This document shows positions 28,551 through 38,407 of a stretch of DNA of 64,000 bases, piece after piece; position 1 is the stretch's first letter, and every line of letters starts with the position of its first letter. Source of the stretch: an uncultured Candidatus Saccharibacteria bacterium (GTDB lineage: Bacteria; Patescibacteriota; Minisyncoccia; Phycocordibacterales; UBA9973); contig CAYOLW010000003.1 in the NCBI GenBank assembly GCA_964404925.1, forward strand, positions 575 to 64,574. The letters are read 5' to 3'. The notes under the pieces are model-generated. The model made no database searches. It saw only the letters and a program-made list of their open reading frames with translations, and was not told where the DNA came from. Position numbers and translations under genes: made by a program.

Positions 28551-30224
28551 TTATACTATATCAACAATTCTAAGACGTAACTCTTCTCTACCTCGGAAAC
28601 GAGACAAATCAAAAGTCGCGTATAAATCCACATGCGCACCTTGAGAAATATCTGCTTTAAATGATTCAGGATTAGAGAAAAATGATATTGCTTCGACTTC
28701 TTTGCCTTGTTCATTAACCACAGTAATAGATAAATGTTCCCCGCTGTTATTTTTCCCGAACTGTCGAGCTTTTGTTATTTTTACCTTTTCAAATAAAAAA
28801 ACAGGCTTTGGATTACCCAGACCAAACGGTGCCATTTTACCTATTTCTTTCCAATTCTTCATTGTTACCATGTTTAAATCAAGTTTCAAATCAAAATTTA
28901 TTTCACTTCCTTCAGATGGCTTTTTGACTTTATGAAAGCTTTCGTTTAATGATTCTTCCAGAAAATGAATCTTGTTTGTATGCACACTAAATCCACCTGC
29001 CAGTTCATGCCCACCATAATTAATAAAATATTCAGTACTCTGAGACATCAACTCGACTACAGACACAGACCCAGGAGAACGGCATGAACCCTTAATGACA
29101 TCATTTTCATCTTTGGCCCAAACAAAGACTGGCTTATCGTATTCATCCATAACCTTCCCTGCCACAAGCCCAAGCACCCCCACCTTCCACTTGGGATTAC
29201 CTATTACCACCACATCACCCAACTCACGCTTCTCAAAGCTGTGTTTAACTTCTTTCATGATTGAAAGTACAGTATGCTTACGCTCGTCATTAATTTTTGT
29301 CAGGTGCTCTGCCAAACCTACCGCCTTTTTGTCATCCTTTGATGCCAGTAATTCATACGCCCGCATCGGGTCGTCCATGCGTGAAGCTGCATTGATTCGT
29401 GGAGTCAGCATAAATCCAACATCATCTTCGTTCAAATATTTCTGATCTATCTTCATAATACTCAGCAGTTTTTGCAATCCTGGACGGGGAGATTTACGCA
29501 GAACCATCAATCCAAAATATGCTATAGCCCGATTTTCACCAGTGAGCGGAACCATATCAGAAAGAGTTGCAAGTCCAGCCATATCAAGCAACCACTTTTC
29601 CCAACCTTCTGGAGTTCCCGGACGTTGGACGTCGAGACTCCCAGACGTCCAACGTCCGGGAACCAACCCTTGTACAAGTTTAAACACTACCCCTGCACCA
29701 CACAGCATGGACTCAGGATATTCATCTGTTTTTGGATTTAAAATAGCGAAAGCTTTCGGCAATTTTTCGTGAGGTAAATGGTGATCGGTTACGATGACAT
29801 CTATGCCATACGAATTAGCCAAATCAATTTCTTCTATGGCAGTGGTGCCTAGGTCGATGGTGATTATTAAATTTACATCTTTATCTTTGAACTCCTCTAT
29901 GGCCTCTATGTTTAACCCGTAGCCTTCAGCGTTGCGGCTCGGTATATATATTTCAAAGTTTTTAAAACCAATTTTTTCAAAAAAATCATGTATAATTACC
30001 GCCCCTGGTATACCGTCCGCATCATAATCGGCGTACACCACCACTTTTTCATTAGCATTTATGGCGTGCATTATTCGGGTACAAGCTTTTTCCATATCAC
30101 GCATTAAAAAAGGATCGTGCATATCGCGTTCATAATCTGGGTTTAAAAAAATATCTGCTTCCGCTTCAGTCTTTATCCCTCTCTTTATCAAAAGTTCCCG
30201 TAGTAGTTCATGAAATTTACCCAT
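28551..30224 (-). CDS. recJ: single-stranded-DNA-specific exonuclease RecJ
   Basis: DHH motifs: VVYADYDADGIPG, DVIVTDHH, DHH-associated DHHA1 C-terminal region (GGHELAGGFS). 557 aa. Confidence 0.85.
   Translation of the reverse strand: MGKFHELLRELLIKRGIKTEAEADIFLNPDYERDMHDPFLMRDMEKACTRIMHAINANEKVVVYADYDADGIPGAVIIHDFFEKIGFKNFEIYIPSRNAEGYGLNIEAIEEFKDKDVNLIITIDLGTTAIEEIDLANSYGIDVIVTDHHLPHEKLPKAFAILNPKTDEYPESMLCGAGVVFKLVQGLVPGRWTSGSLDVQRPGTPEGWEKWLLDMAGLATLSDMVPLTGENRAIAYFGLMVLRKSPRPGLQKLLSIMKIDQKYLNEDDVGFMLTPRINAASRMDDPMRAYELLASKDDKKAVGLAEHLTKINDERKHTVLSIMKEVKHSFEKRELGDVVVIGNPKWKVGVLGLVAGKVMDEYDKPVFVWAKDENDVIKGSCRSPGSVSVVELMSQSTEYFINYGGHELAGGFSVHTNKIHFLEESLNESFHKVKKPSEGSEINFDLKLDLNMVTMKNWKEIGKMAPFGLGNPKPVFLFEKVKITKARQFGKNNSGEHLSITVVNEQGKEVEAISFFSNPESFKADISQGAHVDLYATFDLSRFRGREELRLRIVDIV
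29615..29662. repeat. in-frame palindromic mini-element inside recJ (ttcccggacgttggacgtc-gagactccca-gacgtccaacgtccgggaa)
   Basis: Perfect 19-nt inverted repeat around a 10-nt spacer. Translated in-frame as ...PGRWTSGSLDVQRPGTPEG.... Same arm-spacer-arm architecture as the two ileS elements. Confidence 0.65.
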
Positions 30225-30260
30225 GAACCCAATTTTAACACATTTTGGTATAATAAAATT

Positions 30261-30668
30261 ATGGACAATAATACATGCGTTTTTTGTAAAATAGTTGCTG
30301 GTGAGATTCCAAGTTATAAAATATATGAAGATGAAAAATTCTTGGCCTTTCTGGATATTTTCCCCGCTACTGAAGGATATACGTTAGTAATACCTAAAGA
30401 CCATTTCCGCTGGGTATGGGACGTAACAAATATTGGTGAATATTTTGAAGTATGCAAAAAAGTGGCTAAACATTTGGGTGAAGTTGCTGGCACACCAGTG
30501 TACTCGATGACCCTCGGCGAAGAAGTACCTCATGCGCATGTACGCCTCTTCCCCGCTAATCAGAATATCAAAGATGCACTAGTAAAGTTCGTCGCTGACA
30601 CCAAAACACCTGCCCCCCTTGATAACGAAAGTCTCCAAAAGATTCAAGAAAAATATAAAATAATATAA
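30261..30668 (+). CDS. HIT-family (histidine triad) nucleotide hydrolase
   Basis: CVFCKIVAGEIP...LVIPKDHF...EVPHAHVRLFP (HxHxHxx). I prefer the start at MDNN (30261) rather than track start 30210, which would overlap the divergent recJ start. Confidence 0.8.
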   Translation: MDNNTCVFCKIVAGEIPSYKIYEDEKFLAFLDIFPATEGYTLVIPKDHFRWVWDVTNIGEYFEVCKKVAKHLGEVAGTPVYSMTLGEEVPHAHVRLFPANQNIKDALVKFVADTKTPAPLDNESLQKIQEKYKII

Positions 30669-30670
30669 AA

Positions 30671-31735
30671 TTATTTCAATGCTTTTATCCCAGGCAAAGT
30701 GCCTTTGGCCAAGAAGTCGAGAGTGGCACCGCCGCCGGTGGAGACAAAGGTAAATTTTTTCTCCATTTTCATTTCAGAAATCATTTCTACGGTGTCACCT
30801 CCGCCGATGATACTTTTAGCATTACCTTTAGCAATTAATTTCAATATTTGTTTAGTACCATCACCTCCCCCAACCTCATATTTACCAAGTGGTCCGTTCC
30901 ATAGTATCATCTTGGACTTTTTTATATATTTAGAAAGTTCGTCTATTGATACCGGTCCCAAGTCTAATATATTTTCACCATTTTGAATTTCATTAATATT
31001 TCGAAGAATCTTTTTGTCTTTTGATATAACAAAAGAATCCTTGGGTAAAATTATCTTTTTATTTTTTAAAATATTCTTTGGAACAGATATTGTGTTATCA
31101 ACGAGAGATGAACCCACATTAATACCCAATGTCTCAAGGAAGTCATTAGCTAGCGCCCCACCGACGTATACATAGTCAGCGATGCTCAAGTATTTTTTAA
31201 TAAGTGGTAATTTAGTAGAAAACTTAGCACCACCCAAGATAAACAAAAATGGATGTTTCGGATTTTTAAATACACTGGAAAGGTGTTTTATTTCTTCCTC
31301 TAGTTGTAATCCTGCGTAACTTGGCAAATATTTAGGAATACCAACAACTGATGTGTGGAAACGGTGTGATACAGAAAAAGCATCATTCACGTATATATCA
31401 CAATCTTTAGCAAATTGTTTAGCCAGATTTTTATCATTCTCTTCTTCACCTTTAAAGCTACGTACATTCGGCATAAATTCTACTGAAGATTTTGGCAGTT
31501 TAGATAACCGGAAAAATTCTCGAGCCACCGGTGCGATATCTGCACTACCATCTTTACCTAAGTGTATTAGAATTTTTACCTTAGCACCTTTTTTAACCAA
31601 ATATTCTATGGTAGGTATACCCTTTTTTATTCTAAAGTTATCTATAATTTTATTATCCTTAATGGGTACATTAAAATCCGCACGTAATAAAACTATCTTA
31701 CCCTTTAAGCTCTTTAATGATTTAACGTTCTGCAT
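30671..31735 (-). CDS. pgk: phosphoglycerate kinase (compact)
   Basis: VLLRADFNVP, NDAFSVSHR, FILGGAKFSTKL, GGGDT..., STGGGA. 354 aa. Confidence 0.9.
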   Translation of the reverse strand: MQNVKSLKSLKGKIVLLRADFNVPIKDNKIIDNFRIKKGIPTIEYLVKKGAKVKILIHLGKDGSADIAPVAREFFRLSKLPKSSVEFMPNVRSFKGEEENDKNLAKQFAKDCDIYVNDAFSVSHRFHTSVVGIPKYLPSYAGLQLEEEIKHLSSVFKNPKHPFLFILGGAKFSTKLPLIKKYLSIADYVYVGGALANDFLETLGINVGSSLVDNTISVPKNILKNKKIILPKDSFVISKDKKILRNINEIQNGENILDLGPVSIDELSKYIKKSKMILWNGPLGKYEVGGGDGTKQILKLIAKGNAKSIIGGGDTVEMISEMKMEKKFTFVSTGGGATLDFLAKGTLPGIKALK

Positions 31736-32489
31736 TTTCTGTTAGTTCAATAATTTTAATTAATTTTTTCGAATCCAAGCTTGCCCTTCCTACCAAAAAT
31801 CCATCGGCTTTACCGTCTAATAAAAACGGCAGAGTGTCTTCGGGTGTAACTGAGCCACCGTATATAATCCTAATTCCTTCAACATTCTTACCCCCAAATT
31901 TATCGTTCAAAACTTTTCGTATAAAAATACTCATTTCAAAGAACTCTGCTGGTGTGGCAGGTCTTGGTGCATTATTGCCTATTGCCCAAATAGGTTCATA
32001 AGCTATAACAACACTGTTTAGCGCACTCTTTGAAACACCCTCTAAGCATTCTTCAATCTGAGTTTTAACAAAACCTAAATAGGTATGCTCTGGGTCACGC
32101 TCTTTCTCACCGAGACAAAGCACGGGTACTATTCCATTTGAAAGTAATGATTTAATCTTTTTATTTATATCTTCGTTTTTCTCACCCATAGCCCTGCGCT
32201 CTGAGTGTCCGACTATTGTGTACTTAACTTTCAAATTAATTAGCATAGCTGTCGATACCTCCCCTGTCTCTGCACCCACATCTCCTGGATACACATTTTG
32301 TGACCCTAATTTTAGTTTACCCATACTGTCTTTCTTTAACCCATCCAGAAAAACAAACGGGGCACAAGCTACCGTATCAATCTTTTTTATTTTAGATAGA
32401 CCATCTTTAATTTCTTTAAAGAGTTTAGTAGCCTCCTTGCTACTAACTGGATTCATTTTCCAATTACCAATGACAATTCTTTTTTGCAT
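31722..32489 (-). CDS. tpiA: triose-phosphate isomerase
   Basis: IVIGNWKMN, VGHSERR, AYEPIWAIG, IIYGGSV. Confidence 0.9.
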   Translation of the reverse strand: MQKRIVIGNWKMNPVSSKEATKLFKEIKDGLSKIKKIDTVACAPFVFLDGLKKDSMGKLKLGSQNVYPGDVGAETGEVSTAMLINLKVKYTIVGHSERRAMGEKNEDINKKIKSLLSNGIVPVLCLGEKERDPEHTYLGFVKTQIEECLEGVSKSALNSVVIAYEPIWAIGNNAPRPATPAEFFEMSIFIRKVLNDKFGGKNVEGIRIIYGGSVTPEDTLPFLLDGKADGFLVGRASLDSKKLIKIIELTENAER

Positions 32490-32510
32490 GGGTAAATTAT
32501 ACCATAGTCC

Positions 32511-34289
32511 CTATTCAGTCTCTTTCCAATCGGACAAATTTATCACAGGTACATTAGTAGTAGGTCCAGAAGTAAATGAAACATGTGCTAATCCAGAATC
32601 ATATCTGACCGTAGAATTCCCAGAAACAACCAACCTATAAGCTGTAGCCTCCTGCACATCTGCTCCACCTGAAATATTCATTGTTCCGTTTGGCGCGTAT
32701 AATATTACAGCCCCGGAACCTCCAGAGAGACTAACAGCTGATCCAGAAGAACTAGTAGTTAAAAGCATGATATAACTTTCAGGGTCTCCTGATCCAGTTG
32801 CATCAGATCCACCACCGATAGTTATAGTTCCGTCAGATACAATAACTCCATCAGAAGATCCATAGCTAGAGGAAAGTCTAATCTGACTGCCTCCAGTCAG
32901 GCTAATATTACCAGCTACCCATAAAGTACCAGCTACAGTTAATATTGCACCTCCCCCTACTGTCAGATTACCTGTAATTTTAGTGGGTCCAATAGTTGCA
33001 CTACCACTTGGTAAATTATAATTACCAGCCACTATTCCTCCGGCTTCTGCCTCTGTCTTCCATCCGGTTATTGTTGCATCTGAAATTGGGTAATCTATGT
33101 ATTGTGGATCTGATTGTGAGGTACAAGATTTATTATTTCCTGTACCTGATTGGCAATATATAAGCCCAGTCGCATTAGTATAATTAACAGTATTTGCCTG
33201 AGCTGTTCCTAAGGTTGTACCAACACGTAAAGGATTCCATTGACTACCCGAAGACCCTGCAATACGACCTGTTAACCCTCCTAAATATAACTTAAAGAAA
33301 TAATCATAACCAAGGTTAGCCCAAGGACCGTTAAATTGACCAGTTAGACCAATACCAGCAGAATAAGAAGTCATACCATCATCACTCGCTCCAATCACAT
33401 AGTATCTACTAGCATTGGTTGTAGAAGAATCAATTACCAACCAATAAGGTGTACCTATGCTTAAAATCGGGTTAGAATTAAACGAAACTTCAACCCAACT
33501 ATATGCAGTAGATACAGAAGAAGCAGGTAATGTACCACTAGCATAAATAGTAGTACCTGGAACTCCAGCAGAGTTGTTAACTATCTTAACAGTCAAATTA
33601 CTAGGGGAATTAACTTTTTTTATATAAAATTGGACTTTGCTTAAAGGAGCAGAGGTATTAACCATAAAACCCTGAGCTATGTCTTGTGTGCTATTAGTGT
33701 TACCAAAAGCCCTGTCATAAATCTGGATACCTGTACCATTAGACTGATCTATATAAGAAACAGCACTACTAGCTGAAACAGCTGTTCCTGTAATAGAAGA
33801 GGAGCTGTCTCCAGTTATTGGACCATTAGCATAAACATTACCAACAATAGTACTACTAGTTAAATCAACTCCACCTAAACCAACTTGCACACCATAATAA
33901 AATGGCACATCTACCGACCAACTAAATTGAGTTGCTATCTTTCTTTGATAACTATTAACACTACTTAATGAAACTATATCTATAGGTGTGGTTGGTGTAA
34001 TAATATCTGGTATTATTGTTGTAACTGTATTATCCCCAATTGTAATAACCTCACTAGTGCCTATTGTAATATGATTTTTAAATCGATAGAGAGCATCCTC
34101 ACTACCAGATTCAGCTAAAAAATATGCATCCTTAGAGTCTAAATTCAAACGTCCAGTAGCATAATCACGCACTGTTGGAGAAACTAACCCAGCTATTGTT
34201 GTAAGTGATATAAATAAAAATACAACCACTGATAACATCATTGCTTGACCCCCGTTTGTTTTTATTTTTTTTATTGTGTTTCTTTCCAT
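32511..34289 (-). CDS. PilX-N-like pilus-associated giant protein (paralog 3 of 3), glycine-rich beta-solenoid-like C-terminal region
   Basis: N-terminus NGGQAMMLSVVVFLFISLTTIAGLVSP (PilX_N-type hydrophobic segment, no E5). Shares motif blocks with the next two ORFs: GPITGDSSSSITG.AVSA, AGVPGTT, YWLVID, LWVAGNISL.GG, AVILYAPNGTMNISGGAD, C-terminal W-K-E. Confidence 0.6.
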   Translation of the reverse strand: MERNTIKKIKTNGGQAMMLSVVVFLFISLTTIAGLVSPTVRDYATGRLNLDSKDAYFLAESGSEDALYRFKNHITIGTSEVITIGDNTVTTIIPDIITPTTPIDIVSLSSVNSYQRKIATQFSWSVDVPFYYGVQVGLGGVDLTSSTIVGNVYANGPITGDSSSSITGTAVSASSAVSYIDQSNGTGIQIYDRAFGNTNSTQDIAQGFMVNTSAPLSKVQFYIKKVNSPSNLTVKIVNNSAGVPGTTIYASGTLPASSVSTAYSWVEVSFNSNPILSIGTPYWLVIDSSTTNASRYYVIGASDDGMTSYSAGIGLTGQFNGPWANLGYDYFFKLYLGGLTGRIAGSSGSQWNPLRVGTTLGTAQANTVNYTNATGLIYCQSGTGNNKSCTSQSDPQYIDYPISDATITGWKTEAEAGGIVAGNYNLPSGSATIGPTKITGNLTVGGGAILTVAGTLWVAGNISLTGGSQIRLSSSYGSSDGVIVSDGTITIGGGSDATGSGDPESYIMLLTTSSSGSAVSLSGGSGAVILYAPNGTMNISGGADVQEATAYRLVVSGNSTVRYDSGLAHVSFTSGPTTNVPVINLSDWKETE

Positions 34290-36058
34290 TTTCCTACTGA
34301 AAAACCAGCCTCACTTCCAGAGGCAAAATGCATATCAGCTAAACCAGATTCATAAGTCACATCCGAACCTCCCGATACCACTATGCGCTTTGCGGTACCT
34401 CCTTTCAAATCAGCTCCACCAGAAATATTCAATGTACCTTCTGCTGCATATAATATAACGGCCCCCGAACCCCCAGAAACAGAAGCGGCACTACCGGATG
34501 TGCTTTCACTTAAAAGTAAAAGATAACTACCAGCTTCTCCTGACCCAGTTGCATCAGCACCACCAGAAATACTTATGTTTCCACCCGCAACTGCTACGCC
34601 ATCATCTTCACCATAATCAGCAGAAAGCTTCATTAATGCGCCTCCGGAGATACTTATGTTTCCAGTAACCCACAGCGTACCAGTTACAGTTAGAGTTCCA
34701 CCTCCAGAAATACTTAAATTACCTTCAATTTTTTTAGGGCCCAAAGTTGCACCGGCCCAACCAACAGAGTAATTACCACTATGTATGCCGCCGGCTTCTG
34801 CCTCACTTTTCCAAGCACCGATAGTAGCATCATCTATTGGCATATCAGCATAAGTTGGGTCAGTTCCCGGAGAACAGCTTTTGTTATTACCCGTACCTTC
34901 TTGGCAGTTTAGAGTACCTGTTACGTTTACATAATTTACTGTATGCGCTGCTGCATTACCAGACACAGTACCTATATGTAATTGATTCCATTGACTCTCC
35001 CCTTGGATAGACCCAGCCGCACCACCTGTATAAATTCTAAAGAAATAATCTATTCCCGATGGAGCTGTATCCGTCCAAGCACCAGAATACTGTCCAGTTT
35101 TACCAACACCGCTAGCATAGCCATTAGCATTTCCACCAATCATATAGTATTTGGTATTACTTACACTTGCATCTAGCACCAGCCAATATGTTGTTCCAGC
35201 TGTGAGTGTTGGGCTTGTGCCAAAGCTAACTGTTACCCAAGTATAAGAACTAGACACCGAGACAGCAGTCAGTGTTGTACTAGCAATAGTCGTGGTCCCA
35301 GGAACACCGCTTGAATCATTAACCAAACGGACCGTTATGTTGTTTGGAGTACTTACTTTTTTTAAGTAAAACTGTGCTTGATTTAAAGTAGTATTAGTAG
35401 GTACTGAAAAACTCTCCGCAACATCCTGATTGGCACTAGTCTTACCAAAAATTACATTATAAGTTGGCGTACCTGTTCCGTTAAACTGATTAAGTCCAAA
35501 ATCAGGGCTATTAGCTGAAACAGCTGAACCTGTAATAGAAGAAGAGCTGTCTCCAGTTATTGGACCATTAGCAAATACGCTACCTATTACATTACTTCCT
35601 CCGGTAACATCAAATCCACCTGTTCCGGACTGCAAACTATAATCAAAAGAAGCTGTTGTGCCTTCCTCAAGGGTCAAATCAATTTCTCGGTTAATATTAT
35701 TTTTATCACCAAAAGAACTAATATGCATAACACCATCAATACGCCCAGCATTAGTAGTAACCTCACCATTATTTAAAGCTAGGATTTCTGTCTCATCAAC
35801 CTCTATATTGTTTAGCAATCTATACAAAACATCTTCTGTGCCTGATTCACTTAAATAATAAGTTTGTTTTGATTCTGTATCCAGACTCACAATCTTATAT
35901 CCACGGGCAACTGGCGATACTAAACCAGAAATAACAACCAAGGACAACAAAATAAAAAACAAAACAGAAAACAACATGGCTTGTCCACTGTTTTTAGATA
36001 ATTGATTGTATTTCTTAATGTACATTTTTATATTTCTTTCCACTCTTTTATATCCCAA
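34271..36058 (-). CDS. PilX-N-like pilus-associated giant protein (paralog 2 of 3)
   Basis: KNSGQAMLFSVLFFILLSLVVISGLVSP N-terminus. Same repeat blocks as 32511..34289. Ends ...KWKETQ. Confidence 0.6.
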   Translation of the reverse strand: MGYKRVERNIKMYIKKYNQLSKNSGQAMLFSVLFFILLSLVVISGLVSPVARGYKIVSLDTESKQTYYLSESGTEDVLYRLLNNIEVDETEILALNNGEVTTNAGRIDGVMHISSFGDKNNINREIDLTLEEGTTASFDYSLQSGTGGFDVTGGSNVIGSVFANGPITGDSSSSITGSAVSANSPDFGLNQFNGTGTPTYNVIFGKTSANQDVAESFSVPTNTTLNQAQFYLKKVSTPNNITVRLVNDSSGVPGTTTIASTTLTAVSVSSSYTWVTVSFGTSPTLTAGTTYWLVLDASVSNTKYYMIGGNANGYASGVGKTGQYSGAWTDTAPSGIDYFFRIYTGGAAGSIQGESQWNQLHIGTVSGNAAAHTVNYVNVTGTLNCQEGTGNNKSCSPGTDPTYADMPIDDATIGAWKSEAEAGGIHSGNYSVGWAGATLGPKKIEGNLSISGGGTLTVTGTLWVTGNISISGGALMKLSADYGEDDGVAVAGGNISISGGADATGSGEAGSYLLLLSESTSGSAASVSGGSGAVILYAAEGTLNISGGADLKGGTAKRIVVSGGSDVTYESGLADMHFASGSEAGFSVGKWKETQ

Positions 36059-37407
36059 GTATATAATATTGGTGAAAAAGAAACAGTAGTAGTGGTGGAT
36101 CTACTAGATAATATTGTATTCATACTAGTTAGTGTTGCTTTATAACCAGAAGTTATCCGAGTAAATCCTTCTTCATCGTTCGACTGAACATCTATATGAC
36201 CGTGTGGTGCATAAACTATTAAAGCAGAAGCAGAAGAACCCGTACTAATCAAATCTACAGCATCCATTGCGCCCCCATTTTCCGCATCATTATTCTGCGA
36301 TACTAATACAACAAAAGAGTCAGGTCCAATACCCGTCGAAGCAGAACGCGTATTAATTGAAATCTGACTGCTAGTTGTTCGATTGGTTGGCTTATCAGCT
36401 ATAACCATAACACTGCTGCCAACTGGAATACTAGGACCCACTAACAATCGCGAAGAACCAGTCATATTAATATTACCTTTTACCCAAACAGGACCATTAA
36501 TAGTCACTTGAGCTGTATCCGAAATATTCACAGAATCGCAGTTAATCATAATGGGACCCAAGACTGTATTAGTATTTAGATTGTAAGGACAAACACCTTT
36601 GTAAATTCCACCAGCTAAAGCTGCTTGTTCCATAAATTCTATTGCCGAGTCGGTAATTGGTAATGGATATTCTTGAGTATCTGGTGAGTTATCAAAACAC
36701 CTTGGATTAGGACACAATGCCCCAGAAACAAGAGATGTACCATCAATGCTTTGGTAATAAGCAGAGCCAGCGATGACAGAATTTATTATTGTGTGGGCTA
36801 CCGCATTGTATGAACTATTTATAATTCTTAAATTACTAATAAGTCCACTAGATCCACTAGAAGTGATTCCACCACTATTTACTATATTAGAATTTGAACC
36901 AGTCACTGGGCCTTGTGAAGTAATGGTACCGAATACTGAAGAATTTCCTCCTTGTGCCAACAATCCTCCTTTTCCAAACTGGAGGCCTGACTGGAACACT
37001 ATTCCAAATGGAACTTGAATTTCAAAAACAATCTTTCTATTTCGGTTAGATATATTAGCGGAAGAAATTACATTTATCTGACCATCAACCATTGAGTCAA
37101 TTTCTACATTGGCACTATCATACCCAAGAGATAAATTGTAACTACCAGTATTTATTAAAGGTAAATTTTGTAAAAGACGGTAATAAACATCTTCAACACC
37201 AGATTCAGCCAAATAATAACTACGCCCAGATAGCCAGGAATCTCTAACTATTCGGTAATCACGCACAGTAGGAGAAACAAGCCCAGCCATTGTAGTAAGT
37301 GTTATGAAAATAAAAAGCACCACAGAAAACAACATGGCTTGTCCACTGTTTTTAGATATATTATTTGTTTTTTCTTTCAGCTTATTTATTAAAAAAAAGT
37401 TAGACAT
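36028..37407 (-). CDS. PilX-N-like pilus-associated protein (paralog 1 of 3)
   Basis: KNSGQAMLFSVVLFIFITLTTMAGLVSP N-terminus, encoded by DNA identical to paralog 2 over 36 nt. Ends ...KEWKEI. Confidence 0.6.
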   Translation of the reverse strand: MSNFFLINKLKEKTNNISKNSGQAMLFSVVLFIFITLTTMAGLVSPTVRDYRIVRDSWLSGRSYYLAESGVEDVYYRLLQNLPLINTGSYNLSLGYDSANVEIDSMVDGQINVISSANISNRNRKIVFEIQVPFGIVFQSGLQFGKGGLLAQGGNSSVFGTITSQGPVTGSNSNIVNSGGITSSGSSGLISNLRIINSSYNAVAHTIINSVIAGSAYYQSIDGTSLVSGALCPNPRCFDNSPDTQEYPLPITDSAIEFMEQAALAGGIYKGVCPYNLNTNTVLGPIMINCDSVNISDTAQVTINGPVWVKGNINMTGSSRLLVGPSIPVGSSVMVIADKPTNRTTSSQISINTRSASTGIGPDSFVVLVSQNNDAENGGAMDAVDLISTGSSASALIVYAPHGHIDVQSNDEEGFTRITSGYKATLTSMNTILSSRSTTTTVSFSPILYTWDIKEWKEI

Positions 37408-37904
37408 TAATAACTTCCCCTCAGAACCAAAGTATTGTTAAAGTCCTCGGTACGAGTTGAACCATAACGATTAGACTTAACAGTCATAGTAATCCTAATG
37501 GCTATGCTGTTAGTTGTAGTGATTTGGGTAAAATTAAGAGCTGAAATAGCTAAATTAGTAGAATTTAAATTACCAGTCAACACATCATTTTCACGTAACT
37601 CTAAATTAGTGCCATTTAAAGTAAATGTTATAGTTTTTGGGTTATCACTAGAATCTTCGGTATTTAATTTTAAACTACTTGAGCTAATAGTATTAACACT
37701 ATTAGCTAGTCGTATTTCTCTTGATATACGTTCAAGCACTTGATTAGTTTGATTAATATCAGCAGTAACTTGAGTGTCCCTGAACGCAGAGATCATTGTT
37801 AATGTTGCTCTAACAAGAATTAATGATACAATCGCGAAAAGTGAAATATAAAAAAGCGTTTCTATTAAAGAAAAACCTTTATTTTTTTTATTTAAATTAA
37901 TCAT
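37407..37904 (-). CDS. type IV (pre)pilin
   Basis: Class III signal: MINLNKKNKG|FSLIETLFYISLFAIV (Gly-1, Glu+5). 165 aa. Confidence 0.8.
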   Translation of the reverse strand: MINLNKKNKGFSLIETLFYISLFAIVSLILVRATLTMISAFRDTQVTADINQTNQVLERISREIRLANSVNTISSSSLKLNTEDSSDNPKTITFTLNGTNLELRENDVLTGNLNSTNLAISALNFTQITTTNSIAIRITMTVKSNRYGSTRTEDFNNTLVLRGSY

Positions 37905-38407
37905 TCAAATAAATCAGTTAAATATAATGACAGCGTCTTGGTTTTAATATTACCGCCTTCGGGCCAAGAAACAGACACAGTAACAAGTCTCGTACCAGCA
38001 TCTTCTGTTCCACCAGAAGAAACTATATCACCTGTAGTACTATCGCGATTTACATACGCAAAATTTATTGTTCGAGTAAAAATACCATTTGAAGTGGCTT
38101 CATTTTTATCAGTTGTGTATAACCACTCTGTTCCATTAAATTTTAAATAATGAGTAGTCCCTACTGTAGCATCGGATAATGTTGTCCAATTTTTATCTCT
38201 AATAACTCTAACAACTTCAGCTCCTTCTTCTAAAAGAAAAGAGGCTTGTGCGTAGTGAGTGGACTGTCTAGCAACAAAAACAGATTTATTGGCGACAGCC
38301 ATAGCCGATAAAACAGCAATAGTAACAATAGTCACAGCCACTAGAATTTCTATAGAAAGAGAGCCTTTTTTATTTTTTAAAAAAAAATTCATTATTTTAA
38401 TTAACAC
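37901..38407 (-). CDS. type IV (pre)pilin / minor pilin
   Basis: ...KNKKG|SLSIEILVAVTIVTIAVL (Gly-1, Glu+5). 168 aa. Confidence 0.75.
   Translation of the reverse strand: MLIKIMNFFLKNKKGSLSIEILVAVTIVTIAVLSAMAVANKSVFVARQSTHYAQASFLLEEGAEVVRVIRDKNWTTLSDATVGTTHYLKFNGTEWLYTTDKNEATSNGIFTRTINFAYVNRDSTTGDIVSSGGTEDAGTRLVTVSVSWPEGGNIKTKTLSLYLTDLFE

Noticed and set aside
30210-30260. Track start of the HIT ORF at 30210 (MKFTHEP...)
   Set aside because: It would overlap the divergent recJ start codon by 15 nt. HIT proteins begin close to the C-x-F-C-x-I motif, so the Met at 30261 is the more plausible start.
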